Assembly (NCBI RefSeq): GCF_039654945.1
Contig: NW_027361788.1
Location: forward strand, 5,642,001-5,706,000
Direction: 5' to 3'
Length of the DNA: 64,000 bases
Origin: Dendrobates tinctorius
Lineage: Eukaryota
The notes under the pieces were generated by a model. The model saw nothing but the letters and a program-made list of their open reading frames with translations, ran no database searches and was not told where the DNA came from. The position numbers and the translations under genes are program-made. Shown here in pieces: positions 49,860 through 61,569 of the stretch (positions within the stretch are counted from its first letter, which is position 1; each line of letters opens with the position of its first letter).

Positions 49860-49877
49860 TGGTGAAGAATGCGGGCA
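49860..49877 (+). promoter_or_regulatory. tRNA-Ala primer-binding site
   Basis: TGGTGAAGAATGCGGGCA, 17/18 complementary to the 3' end of vertebrate tRNA-Ala(AGC) as recalled. Confidence 0.8.
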
Positions 49878-49958
49878 GTGTGAACTGAGACATACCCCAA
49901 AGCGTGCTGTGTGTCAGTGATTAAGCCTGTAAAGCTTCAGCTCAAGCCTGCTAACAAA

Positions 49959-51330
49959 ATGGAGGAACTTTTGAAGTAGGTGATCCTCACTCAGCAACGG
50001 CAGCTGGAGCAGCAGCATCTACAGTTACAGCGGCAGCAGCAAGAGGAGCTGCAGCTGCTGTGGCAGCAGCTGGAGCATCAGCAACGCAACAGCAGCAGGA
50101 GCTACATAACCAGCAACAGCAGCAGACAACTAACCTGTTGAGGCAAAAGATCGCAGCTCTGCAAGAGACATTCACACAAATGACCACATTCCTTTCAGAG
50201 GCCCGTTATAAAGTCCTGCCAGCATTGAGGAAGATGAGTCCTGAGGACGACATGGAGGCTTTCCTCACTGTCTTCCAGTGAACTGCAGAGTGGGAGAGCT
50301 TGCTGATGACCCAGTGGGTTCAAGTCATGGTCCCGTTCCTGACAGGAGATGCCCATATGGCCTACCTGGACATCAGTCGGGACGATGCACTGGATTATGA
50401 AAAGCTGAGAGGTGAGATCCTTACCCGACTGGGAATTAACACATATGTAAGAGCACAATGGGTATTCTAGTGGTCGTTTGTGGAGTCGCGTCCCGCCTGG
50501 TCTCAGGCATATGACTTACTGCAACTGGTGAAAAAAAATGGCTCCAGCCTGAGACCTTAACTCCCGTCCAGATGGTAAAGAGGGTGGTGGTTGACCGGCT
50601 GGTGAGGGCCCTGCCAGCAGCTATACAATGTTGGTGGGATCAAGGGGACTCGTGCACTCTGGACCAGGTTGTTGGACTGGTTGAGCGGTATACAGCCTCT
50701 CAGGACTATATACAGGACACTGTTCCACTTCGGCTGTCACATAAGGCCCCACCAGCTCAGGAGTTTGGAAAAAGTCCACAACCCCCCACGGGGGCAAATC
50801 CAAACCGAGCCCATATTGAGGGGGTATCCCTCAGGGAGAGTGACAGCAGACCCTTGTCCCCTAAATCGGCCCCAAGGTCCAGTCGCACCACAATTATCAT
50901 GTGTTGGTGGTGCCAGGGCCCCAGACATATGGCTGCTAACTGCCCCCTGACAGTTGAACTCATGGACTGCGGGTATACTCGCCATGTGTCTATGTATACC
51001 CAGCCAGTCTGCACAGCCACTACAGTCACTGCCGGTACCGAACGCCAACTGTGCAAGGTACTTGTTAACGGGTACCAGACAGATGCTCTCTAGGACTTGG
51101 GGAGCTTAGTGACTCTGGGTCATGGGTCCCTTGTTGCCTGGGACAACACCATGGGGAACTCCGAGAGTACTCAACCACGGAGGTTACTTTTTCCACCCCA
51201 TATGGAGAAATAAGACATGTGGTGGGAGTGGTAAAGACTCTTCCATACGGGACTGTGTTGGGAAGAGACTTGCCCCTGTTCTGGTCCCTGTGGGAGACTA
51301 GCATTAATCCTCCCAAGGTTAAATGCTATT
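49959..51330 (+). pseudogene. gag: Gag (Q-rich N-terminus, SCAN-like capsid, CCHC knuckle) and protease
   Basis: KMSPEDDMEAFLTVF; KWLQPE...RVVVDRLVRALP..IQCW; CWWCQGPRHMAANC; VNG...AL*DLGS; stops and frameshifts. Confidence 0.87.
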
Positions 51331-51404
51331 CTGGGAGCAGAACCCGAAGATCCCGAGTCAGGGATTCCTGCCGTAGGGGTCGCCAACATAGGGACAGAGT
51401 GTGA

Positions 51405-51760
51405 GGCCAGGGTCACACTGGCGAGGAATACGGCCGAGTGAGAGGCGCTAAAAGCACGCATTAGACACGGACAAATGATTCTCTATGGGGTCCCTCGCAC
51501 CAGCCGTATATTTCTCATCCGTATTCTACGCTCCGTGTCAATCGCAGCATGCTGCGATTGTCAGCGTACTACGGTCGTAGTACGCCAATGCAAGTCTATG
51601 AGTGCGCAAAAAATACAGATTACACACGGACCACACATGTGACTTGTGAGAAATACGCATCCGGTGTCTTTTAGCAAAGCCGGCAATTCAGTGCGCTATA
51701 CAGTAAACTCACACTGACAGTTTTAATAAAGAAATGAAAGAATAGATATAGACACATAGA

Positions 51761-51797
<37 letters not shown>

Positions 51798-52044
51798 TTC
51801 TATGTGTCTATATATATTCTTTCATTTCTTTATTAAAACTGTCATAGGGCTCCATTATATGTCCATTTTGCAAGCCTGCGAGAAAATATCGCCATACGGA
51901 TGCCATGCGGATGCTTACATGCGCAAAATACGCGACCACACCTTGATTACGGATGACATACGGAGCACTGTTTAGGGGCCATTCATCCGTATTACGCATG
52001 TAAAATACTGACCGTATTTTGCATTGGTTAGTGTGACCCCGGCC
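51405..52044. mobile_element. PIF/Harbinger-type MITE with central (TA)n hairpin
   Basis: TIRs GGCCAGGGTCACACT / AGTGTGACCCCGGCC; TGA/TAA flanks. Confidence 0.87.
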
Positions 52045-52506
52045 TAACCCTGATAGGCTTCCCCTAGTTCCCCTAGAGGTATTGGCAGGAGAGGTCTAGA
52101 AGACCCCACCGATCCCTGAGCTGGAGGTGTCTCCTGGTACATTTGCGACAGCTCAGTTCTAGGATCCCACCTTGGCCCGGGCACGAGAAAAGGTGACTGA
52201 AATTAATTGCGTAGCACAGCAATCTGGTGCTAGGACAGTTTTTTCCAGCATGGTTATCCACCAGGAGTTGTTATATCGGGTGGTTAAAGTCCAGGATGAG
52301 GTGGTGGGACAGGTGGTGGTACATCAATCCTACCTTCGGGCGGTGCTCGACATGGCTCATGCCCTAATGCTAGGAGGGCACTTGGGGGCCAAAAAGATGC
52401 AGGAGTGCATTCTGCATTGTTTTGTTTTTTTGTCCTGGGGTCTGCGTAGAGGTCCGGCGGTACTGTGACACATGTCCGGAGGGCCAACTGTCATCACCCA
52501 TCATAC

Positions 52507-54474
52507 AGCTTTCGAATATTAGGAAAAAATATATGAGACGCTTAGCATAAAATTTGGCCAAATATTATCTGCCCACCAGCCGTCAAGGCGGTCTCAAATC
52601 TGCTATAATTAAAATCACCATCTGTATTGCTATTCAAATTACATATATTCTACATTGACATGCTTTAGCATGATAGAGTGCAACCTTTCTTTGTATATTG
52701 TATATGGGGGTAGCTCCTCTTGGTATGCACCTATTCACACTAGTTTGGATGTGCCAGTCAGTTTTTTGTCTTTTGTATGTTAGCTTACTGACCGAGCACT
52801 CCACCCTCCACAGGTGGTGATTTTAATTATAGCAGTTCCCTACTTACCCATAAATGCAGGCGTTGCTGACAGAGGTGTCCACATTCACCCAGGAATTCAG
52901 ATATCAGCCTTAGAGAGGTATTCACACAGTGTAGGTACCCATCAGATTTGAGACCGCCTTGACGTTGGCTGGTGGGCAGATATTTGGCCAAATTTTATGC
53001 TAAGCATCTCATATATTTTTTCCTAATATTCTAAAGCAGTATTACTATTCAAATTACATATATTCCACATTGACATGCTTTAGCATGATAGAGTGCAACC
53101 TTTCTTTGTATATTGTATATGGGGGTAGCTCCTCTTGGTATGCAAATATTCACACTAGTTTGGATGTGCCAGCCAGTTTTTTTGTCTTTTGTATGTTAGC
53201 TTACTGACCGGGCACTCTGCCCTCCACCAGGTGGTGATTTTAATTATAGTAGGTCCCTACTTACCCATAAATGCAGGCATTGCTGACAGAGGTGTCCACA
53301 TTCACCCAGGAATTCAGATATCAGCCTTAGAGAGGTATTCACACAGTGTACCTACCCATCAGATTTGAGACCGCCTTGACGTTGGCTGGTGGGCAGATAT
53401 TTGGCCAAATTTTATGCTAAGCATCTCATATATTTTTTCCTAATATTCTAAAGCAGTATTACTATTCAAATTACATATATTCCACATTGACATGCTTTAG
53501 CATGATAGAGTGCAACCTTTCTTTGTATATTGTATATGGGGGTAGCTCCTCTTGGTATGCAAATATTCACACTAGTTTGGATGTGCCAGTCAGTTTTTTT
53601 GTCTTTTGTATGTTAGCTTACTGACCGGGCACTCTGCCCTCCACCAGGTGGTGATTTTAATTATAGTAGGTCCCTACTTACCCATAAATGCAGGCATTGC
53701 TGACAGAGGTGTCCACATTCACCCAGGAATTCAGACATCAGCCTTAGGCCGGAGTCACACTGGAGAGGAATACGGCCGAGTGAGAGGCGCTAAAAGCACG
53801 CATTAGACACGGACCAATGATTCTCTATGGGGTCACTCGCACCAGCCGTATATTTCTCATCCGTATTCTACGGTCCGTGCCACTCGCAGCATGCTGCGAT
53901 TGTCAGCGTACTACGCCTGTAGTACGCCAATGCAAGTCTATGGGTGCGCAAAAAATACGGATTGCACACGGACCACACATGTGACTTGCGAGAAATACAC
54001 ACCCGGTGTCTTTAGAAACCCTGTCATAGGGCTCCATTATATGTCCATTTTGCAAGCCTGCGAGAAAATCTCGCCATACGGATGCCATACGGATGCTTAC
54101 ATGCGCAAAATACGCGACCACACCTTGATTACGGATGACATATGGAGCACTATTTAGGGGTCTGTCATCCGTATTACGCATGTAAAATACTGACCGTATT
54201 TTGCGCAGGTTAGTGTGACTCCAGCCTTAGAGAGGTATTCACACACTGTAGGTACCCATCAGATTTGAGACCGCCATGACGTTGGCTGGTGGGCTGATAA
54301 TATTTGGCCAATATTCTAAAGCTGTATTGCTATTCAAATTACATATATTCCACATTGACATGCTTTAGCATAATAGAGTGCAACCTCTCTTTGTATATTG
54401 TATATGGGGGTTGCTCCTCTTGGTATGCACCTATTCACACTAGTTTGGATGTGCCAGTCAGTTTTTTTGTCTTT
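52507..54474. repeat. ~416-bp tandem array (about 3.4 units) preceded by an inverted partial copy
   Basis: Unit starts at 52624, 53039, 53456, 54324; 52507-52623 is the reverse complement of part of the unit. Confidence 0.9.
53747..54226. mobile_element. PIF/Harbinger-type MITE (shorter relative of 51405-52044)
   Basis: Perfect TTA TSD; TIRs GGCCGGAGTCACACT / AGTGTGACTCCAGCC. Confidence 0.9.
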
Positions 54475-56989
54475 CATATCTAATGTTCGCCATCCGCAAG
54501 GTACCGCAGGCGTCCATGGTGTTCTCCCCATTTGAGCTATTGTATGGCAGGCACCCAAGGGGACTGCTGGACATAGCCAAGGAGACGTGGGAACAGGAGC
54601 CCATGCCGCATAAGAATGTTATCGTGCATGTGGCAAGCATGCAGGACCGGATTGCTGCAGTACGGCCCATAGTGAAGGAGCATCTGATGGATGCCCAGGC
54701 CGAGCAGAGCGGCGTGTATAATAAAAGAGCCACGGCCAGGACCTTTAAAGAAAAGGAACGGGTGTTGGTACTAGTGCCCACCACAGAGAGTAAGCTCATG
54801 GCCAAGTGGCAAGGGCCATATGAGATACGGGGAAAGGTGGGAGATGTAAATTATAGAGTTTACCAGCCCAGGAAAAGAAAACCTGAACAGCTGCATCACG
54901 TCAACCTGTTGAAAGTGTGGAAGGACTGGGAATGTTTGGCCGCGGAGGCAACCTCAGTGGTACCAACAAGGAACCCTCTGTCACCGGCCAAGGACGAGGC
55001 CAAGAGAGAGGTAAAAATAGGAGACACCATCTCAAAACAGCAGCGTCGAGAGGTTTGGAAATTAGTCCAAGAGAATGCAGATGTATTCTCAGAATTACCC
55101 GTTCATACCTCCGTCATCCAGCATGACATTGTCACCAAGCCTCATGTAAGGGTACAAATGAAACCATATCAGGTGCCCGAGGCCCGGAGATTGCGTGTGA
55201 GGTAAGACAAATACTCCAGCTGGGAATAATTGAGGAATTCTGGAGTGACTGGGCCTCACTGTGCTAATCCTGAAGCCAGACGAATCATTACGGTTCTGTA
55301 ATGATTTCCGTAAGTTGAATGAGATGTCGAAGTTTGACCTTTATTCAATGCCCCTGGTGGACGAGTTGATCGAGCGCCAGGGTCAGGCCCAGTACTTCAC
55401 CATGCTAGACCTAACCAAGGGTTATTGACAGGTGCCTCTTACAGCGTCGGAAAAGGAAAAGACCTAGTGCTGGAACCCCATCGGAAGTATACATCAGCGT
55501 ACTTAGATGACATCATCATCTTTAGTGATGACTGGCATACCCACTTGTCCCATGTACAAGTGGTAGTAGATTCGCTCAGAGCCACGGGCTTGACAGCGAA
55601 TCCCAAGAAATGTGCGATAGGGCTCGAGGAAGCCTGATACTTGGATTACGTGATTGGCCGTGGGGTTATCAAACCTCAAATAAATAAAACTGAGGCCATT
55701 CAGAACTGGCCCCAACCTGTTACCACCAAACAGGTGAGAGCATTTCTCGGAATCGTTGGGTATTACCAGAGGTTTATACCTAATTTTTCAGGAAGAACAA
55801 CCCCCTTACTGATCTCCTCAAGTGAAAGAAGTCGGTCATGGTTCGGTGGAACCCCAAGGCGGAGGAAGCGTACCAATCTATGAAGGTGGCGCTGTGTGGA
55901 CAGCCCATCCACATTATCCCCAGCTTTCAGAAATGCTTCATTGTGCTGATAGATGCCTCTAACGAGGGCCTAGGAGTTGTCCTGTCGCAGGAGGTGAACG
56001 GAGAGAAGCATTCGGTCACTTACCTAAGAAGGAAACTCACCCCGGCCTAGAAAAATTATAGCGTAGTGGAGAAGTGCCTAGCCATTAAATGGGCCTTGGA
56101 GTCCCTAAGCAATTATTTCCTTGGTCGACCATTTCGCTTGGTGACAGATCATCCTCTCTTAGTCTGGATAAGGAATTCCAAGGAGAGGAATGCTTGGGTC
56201 ACCTTCCTGTCTTTGCAAAATTTCAATTTTACCGTGGAACATCGGGCTGGAAAGTCACAGGGAAATGCGGATGCCCTGTCACGGACCCCCTGTATGGTGA
56301 CAAATGTTCAACCCCACAAGTTTTAACAGGGAGGTATGTGAGGCAGTGACCGGGGTCATATGCGAGGGTTACTATGTGCGCAAAGAGGCATATTGAAAAA
56401 CCTACCATGGGCTTTATTTTTTAAGCGGACTACAGGAGGGTAGTGGGGCGGTCCGTTTCCTCCCCCGGCCGGGGTTTTCCATGTGGTCTACGACCACAGG
56501 TTCTTTGTAAAAAAAAAAAAAAAAAAAAAATGAAAACCCTGAAGCAGAGCGTTGGATGTGTCAGTGTGGAATTTGCAAGGTGCAGATCACATGGCTCTGC
56601 AAAAGCTCAGCCTGTGTGAGGGAACACAGCACCAAGCAGAGTGAACTCCTGGCACCCCGCATCCTATTATGGTGGTGCAGTCGCCCTGAGCAACCAGACG
56701 CATTTACGGACTGTCTTGTTTCCCAGCTGTCTTTCCTGGGTCACTGCCTCATCACAGCACTGTGAGGTCACAGCTGCAGTACAGGCACAAATTGGCATTA
56801 TTTTTGAGTGGGGGGCAAAGAAAGAGTAATATTATTGTGTTGGGCACAAATTGTCATTATTATTGTGTGGGAGCACAAATTGTCATTATTATTGCATGAG
56901 GGCACAAAGTTGCATTATTATTGTGTGGCTACACAGAGGGGCCCTACTGCTGTGTGGAGGAATAAAGAAGGGTACATTGTTAGTTCTTA

Positions 56990-59322
56990 GAGACACTATT
57001 CAGATTCCCTACACTCATCACTGTCCCCAATCTCCTCTTTTTCCTGTCCTGATCTGGCTGTTCATCACTATAACGACACTCTTAGAAGCATCCTTGACCA
57101 AGTAGCTCCCCTCACTCTCAGAACCTCCAAGCACAGAGTAAAACAGCCCTGGCTCACATCGCAAACGCAACTTCTCCAGCGATGCTCTAGGAGTGCTGAA
57201 CGCCTATGGAGGAAAACCCGCACACAAGAAGACTTCATCCACTTCAAATTTATGTTAAGAACCTTTAACGCTGCCCTTCACCTTGCCAAACAGACCTACT
57301 TCACCACCCTGATCCCCTCACTAGCCAACAACCCCAAGAAACTTTTTGACACCTTTCACTCCCTCCTCAGGCCGAAAGCTCAAGCCCCCATCACAGACAT
57401 TTGTGCTGATGACCTGGCCTCCCACTTTACAGAAAAAATTGATAATATCCATCAGGAAATCTGCTCCCAACCACCAAGTGCTGTGACTCCCATCCCTTCC
57501 TGCATCTCCCCTGGCTCACTTTCCACATTTGATCCCTTCACAGAAGAAGAAGTCTCCAGACTCCTCTCTTCTTCTCGTCCGACCACATGCACTACCGACC
57601 CCATTCCCTCACATCTCCTCCAGTCTCTCTCTCCAGTCGTCACAACTCACCTAACTGCAATCTTTGATTTCTCCCACTCCTCGGGCATTTTCCCATCGTC
57701 CTTCAAACATGCCATCGTTACTACATTACTAAAGAAACCCGCTCTTGACCCATCCTGCACAAACAACTACAGACCAGTCTCCAATCTCTCCTTCATCTCT
57801 AAACTTTTGGAGCGCCTAGTTTACTCCCGCCTTACCTGTTACCTCTCCACTGAAACTGCACTCATCAAAGTGACTAATGACAGCAAAACGTAACGGTGAT
57901 CACTCTCTGCTCATTCTCTTCAACCTATCTGCAGCTTTTGACACTGTTGACCACCATCTCCTACTCTCTAGGCTCCAGTCACTAGGCATTAAGGACACTG
58001 CTCTCTCCTGATTCTCTTCCTATCTTTCTGACAGCTCCTTCAGTGTTTTGTTCTCTGGCTCCACGTCATCTCCTCTTCCTCTCGCTGTCGGGGTACCTCA
58101 GGGCTTAGTCCTTGGCCCCCTTCTCTCTCTACACGGCCCCAATTGGACAGACCATCAGCAGATTTGGCTTTCAGTAATATCTTTATGCTGATGACACACA
58201 ACTATATACGTCATTCCCCGACCTTACCCCCGCTGTACTACAGAACGCCAGTGACTGTCTGTCTGAAGTCTCCAACATCATGTCCGCTCTCTGTCTGAAA
58301 CGCAACCTCTCCAAAACTGAAGTTCTTCTGCTCTCGCCGTCTACTAAGCTCCCTAAATCTGACATTTCCCTCTCCTTGGGTGGCACCACAATAACACCCC
58401 GGCAGCAGGCGCGCTCTCTGGGTGTTATGTTTGACACCAATCTCTCCTTCACATCCCATATACAATCTCTTGCCTACTCTTGCCACTTACACCTAAAGAA
58501 CATCTCTAAAATCCACCCTTTTCTCACCATGGAAACAACAAAAACCCTCACTGTAGCATTGATCCACTCCTGCCTGGATTACTGCAACGCTCTATTAATT
58601 GGCCTCCCCGTTACTCGATTATCCCCTCTCCAGTCCATACTTAATGCAGCAGCCAGGGTCATCTATATGGCTAATCGGTACTCGGACACGTCCGCTCTTC
58701 ACCAGTCCTTACATTGGCTGCCCATTCATTATAGAATCCAATTCAAAGTACTTGTTCTCACCCACAAAGCTCTCCATAGTGCAGCACCCCCTACATCTCC
58801 TCCCTCATTTCTGTCTGTTGGCCTAACCGACCGCTGCGCTCTGCAAACGACTTAAGACTAACCTCTGCACTAATCTGTACCTCCCACTCCCGACTCGAAG
58901 ATTTCTCCTGCGTTGCGCCAATCCTCTGGAATGCCCTACCCCAAGAAATTAGGACTATCCACAATTTGCATAGTTTTAGGAGCTCCTCAAAACACATTTG
59001 TTTAGAGCAGCCTATCCCGTTCACTAATCAAAGTCATTCTATGTGTAAGTGTGCGTGTGTAGCCCATTCACTATCTCCATCCATCCCTCACTCCCTCAAG
59101 ATGGCTGGACCATCATTGTAAATACACCATTGTAAAGACACACCTGTACTTTGTATCTCCCCCACCTCATTGTAGATTGTAAGCTCTCACGAGCAAGGTC
59201 ATCTGAATTTGCTTTAATTATTGTATTGTTAACGTTGTTACTTATGACTTGTGTTTTGAAACTGTTAAATTGTAAAGCACTGCGGAATATGTTGGCACTA
59301 TATAAATAAAGATTATTATTAT
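56990..59322 (+). mobile_element. 5'-truncated L2 LINE with decayed RT
   Basis: NYRPVSNLSFISKLLER, STETAL, SAAFDTVDH, GVPQG, YADDTQ, LDYCNALL, LHWLPI; L2-type 3' end TGTAAAGCACTGCGGAATATGTTGG...AATAAAG(ATT)n. Confidence 0.95.
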
Positions 59323-59990
59323 CACGCTTACCCTTATCTGCAGGAGTGTAGCGTGACCGGTCAGCGGTCCCGGCGTTGGTGAAGGAACTCGGACCACGGG
59401 GCTGTCAGAGGGACCAGTGCAGGCGCACAGTTTGCGAGGTCGCAGGACCTGTGGAAGGGGCGGAGTGCTTGCAGAAGCACTCAGAGGCTGCAGGACCTAG
59501 CACCACGTGACCTGTGACGTCAGAGGGGGCGGAGCTTATCACAGGGACGCTGAAGTGACAGGCAGAGGGCTCAGAGAGCCAGGGGTTTATACAGTAGCGA
59601 TGGTCGGGCAATCCAGAAGTCATACACAGGAGAATCAATGCGGTACAGAGTCAGGCAGAGCAAGAATGGTCAGGGAAGCAGGAGGCCAGGCACGGGTCAG
59701 GCTGCACGGTACAAAATCAGAAAGTCAGAGAGTAGTCTAGGGAAGCCAAAGGTCAGAACACGGGTCGAGCAGGACGGTACCAAATGAGGAAGCCAAGAGA
59801 CAAAAACCAAAATCCAGACCAGGTCATACACACCACAAACACGGAAACAGGCGAGAGGCACTTAGCAAAGGCAGGTTTGGACTCCCTCAAGTATGAAGTA
59901 TAAAGGACAGGGAAGGTTGCTCGCCTGTGGCCATAAATACCCTCCCTGAGACTAAAGAGAGGCTCCAACCATTAACCCTTCACTTGTCAG
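59320..59990. mobile_element. LTR-like fragment
   Basis: Starts TATCACG (decayed TGTCACG); G/A-rich layout like the other LTRs here; no partner or TSD found. Confidence 0.4.
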
Positions 59991-60549
59991 ACCAAAATTC
60001 CAGATACCATGATATTAACCCTTCGCTTGTCAGACCAAAATTACAGATACCATGAAAATTATTTATTATTGTTGAAGGCAGAACAAAAGTCGATTACTAT
60101 TACTATGTATGCCAATAGGGGGCTATTACTGTTTAGTGCTCTAAGGATGGTTATAGCACTACGGTGTTAGAAGTCGGGAAAAATTAGGAGGGTTCTGAAA
60201 AAGCAATGAGCTGAAAATGTTTGTCTGTTACACTTTGAAGTAACAAGACATGCATTGAAGAAATCATAATCGCAATGTGAACTGAATGTAGAAGAAAAGA
60301 GGAAATGAATGGCAATTACAGAGAACGTCAAATATGAGTCACTGTATTTTTTTGTACAGTACTCACATTTTCAGTCTGAAGAGCTCTATAGTGCACCACA
60401 AGCGACAGGGCCACTGACCGTAGGTTACAGCAGGAGGCGAACCCGGCCTTACAGTATTATATTTGTTAATTTTATAGTGCTGATACTTGCTAACTGTATA
60501 ACTATACTATCTTAGAGTGTATTACTTAGAGTGTATTATCATAGCTAGA

Positions 60550-60665
60550 AGCAGAGTGTGTTGCAGAGCTATGTGTGTGGCAGAGCTGTGTGTTGTAGAG
60601 CTGTGTGTGTGTTGCAGAGCTGTGTGTTTGTTACACATCTCTGCATGTGCTGTGTGTGTCTGTGT
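60550..60665. repeat. TGTGTTGCAGAGC-type short tandem repeat
   Basis: Direct reading. Confidence 0.75.
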
Positions 60666-61569
60666 ATTTTTGATCTGTGTGTATGGGGGTTCAGATTTCA
60701 AGAGTGTGTTGTGAAGGGTGTTTTGCCCATTCATGTGCAGCAAGAAATTTCTTAAGTGCTGTTCCAGCTATGGCCATTAGATGTCATAGTTGTCCTTTTT
60801 TCTGTTCATGGATTTAGGTTCCTCTCCCTTTAATAGTTGTTCTGGTTACAACTGCCCCTTCAGGTTTCCTGGGCTTGAAAGCTGGTAGCCATTTTCTCCA
60901 GGATCTCTGAGCTACTCACATGCGTCCTGCTCTCTGGAAAATCACTGCTTCTGTCAAGCGGATTCCGGTGAGGGTTTAATTCAGTTATGTGATATGTGTT
61001 ATGTATCTGTGCTAGCTAGCCTTAATGCAGCCCCCATGATATGTGCAATGTATTTCCAGCTCACTGTAATGCTGTCTGTTTCTTTATAGTTTTTACCTGA
61101 TCTCATCCACAATTGTGTTCACCAATCTCCTCCACTATATCATCTGTTATCATCTACCATTGTTGTTCACATCATCTCAATAAATATAGACTTAAGCACC
61201 CATACAGTCTTTTTACTGGGAGTGGATGAAGGGTTTAGCTGGAATCCACACAGCGTCATACGTGGAAGAAGGCAGAACAAAGGGAGAATGAAGTAATCTC
61301 ACCAAGTAATCAGTGGCTGTAGTGTTCCTATTCCTGCAAGTAAGGAGTCAAAGGTGTGTAAATATCAAACTTTGTAAAGGTGTACTATGTACAGTTAATA
61401 GAAATTAAAAGGATGTTCTAGGGCAACTGTTTATAAAATGACGGATATTCTTATAAAGCAGATCATGTTCAAGACGTCACATAACCATGTTATCCAGCCT
61501 CCATATGTCTCTGCCCTCCATCTGCCTCTGTTTACATTATAACGAAAAAGAGAAACAGGGCTCCAAGTG

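Larger units (their letters stand above)
52150..56326 (+). pseudogene. pol: Pol: integrase (catalytic core missing), then RT and RNase H
   Basis: MAHALMLGGHLG..CDTC; FSPFELLYGR; KWQGPY; HVNLLK; YLDDIIIFS; DASNEGLGVVL; VTDH; NADALSR. Confidence 0.92.
47960..56783 (+). mobile_element. Gmr1-like Ty3/Gypsy LTR retrotransposon (SCAN-type gag, PR-IN-RT-RH order), decayed
   Basis: LTRs 47960-49857 (interrupted) and 56337-56783; TSD GACAC/GGCAC; PBS; PPT ~56328-56336; integrase lies before RT. Confidence 0.93.
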
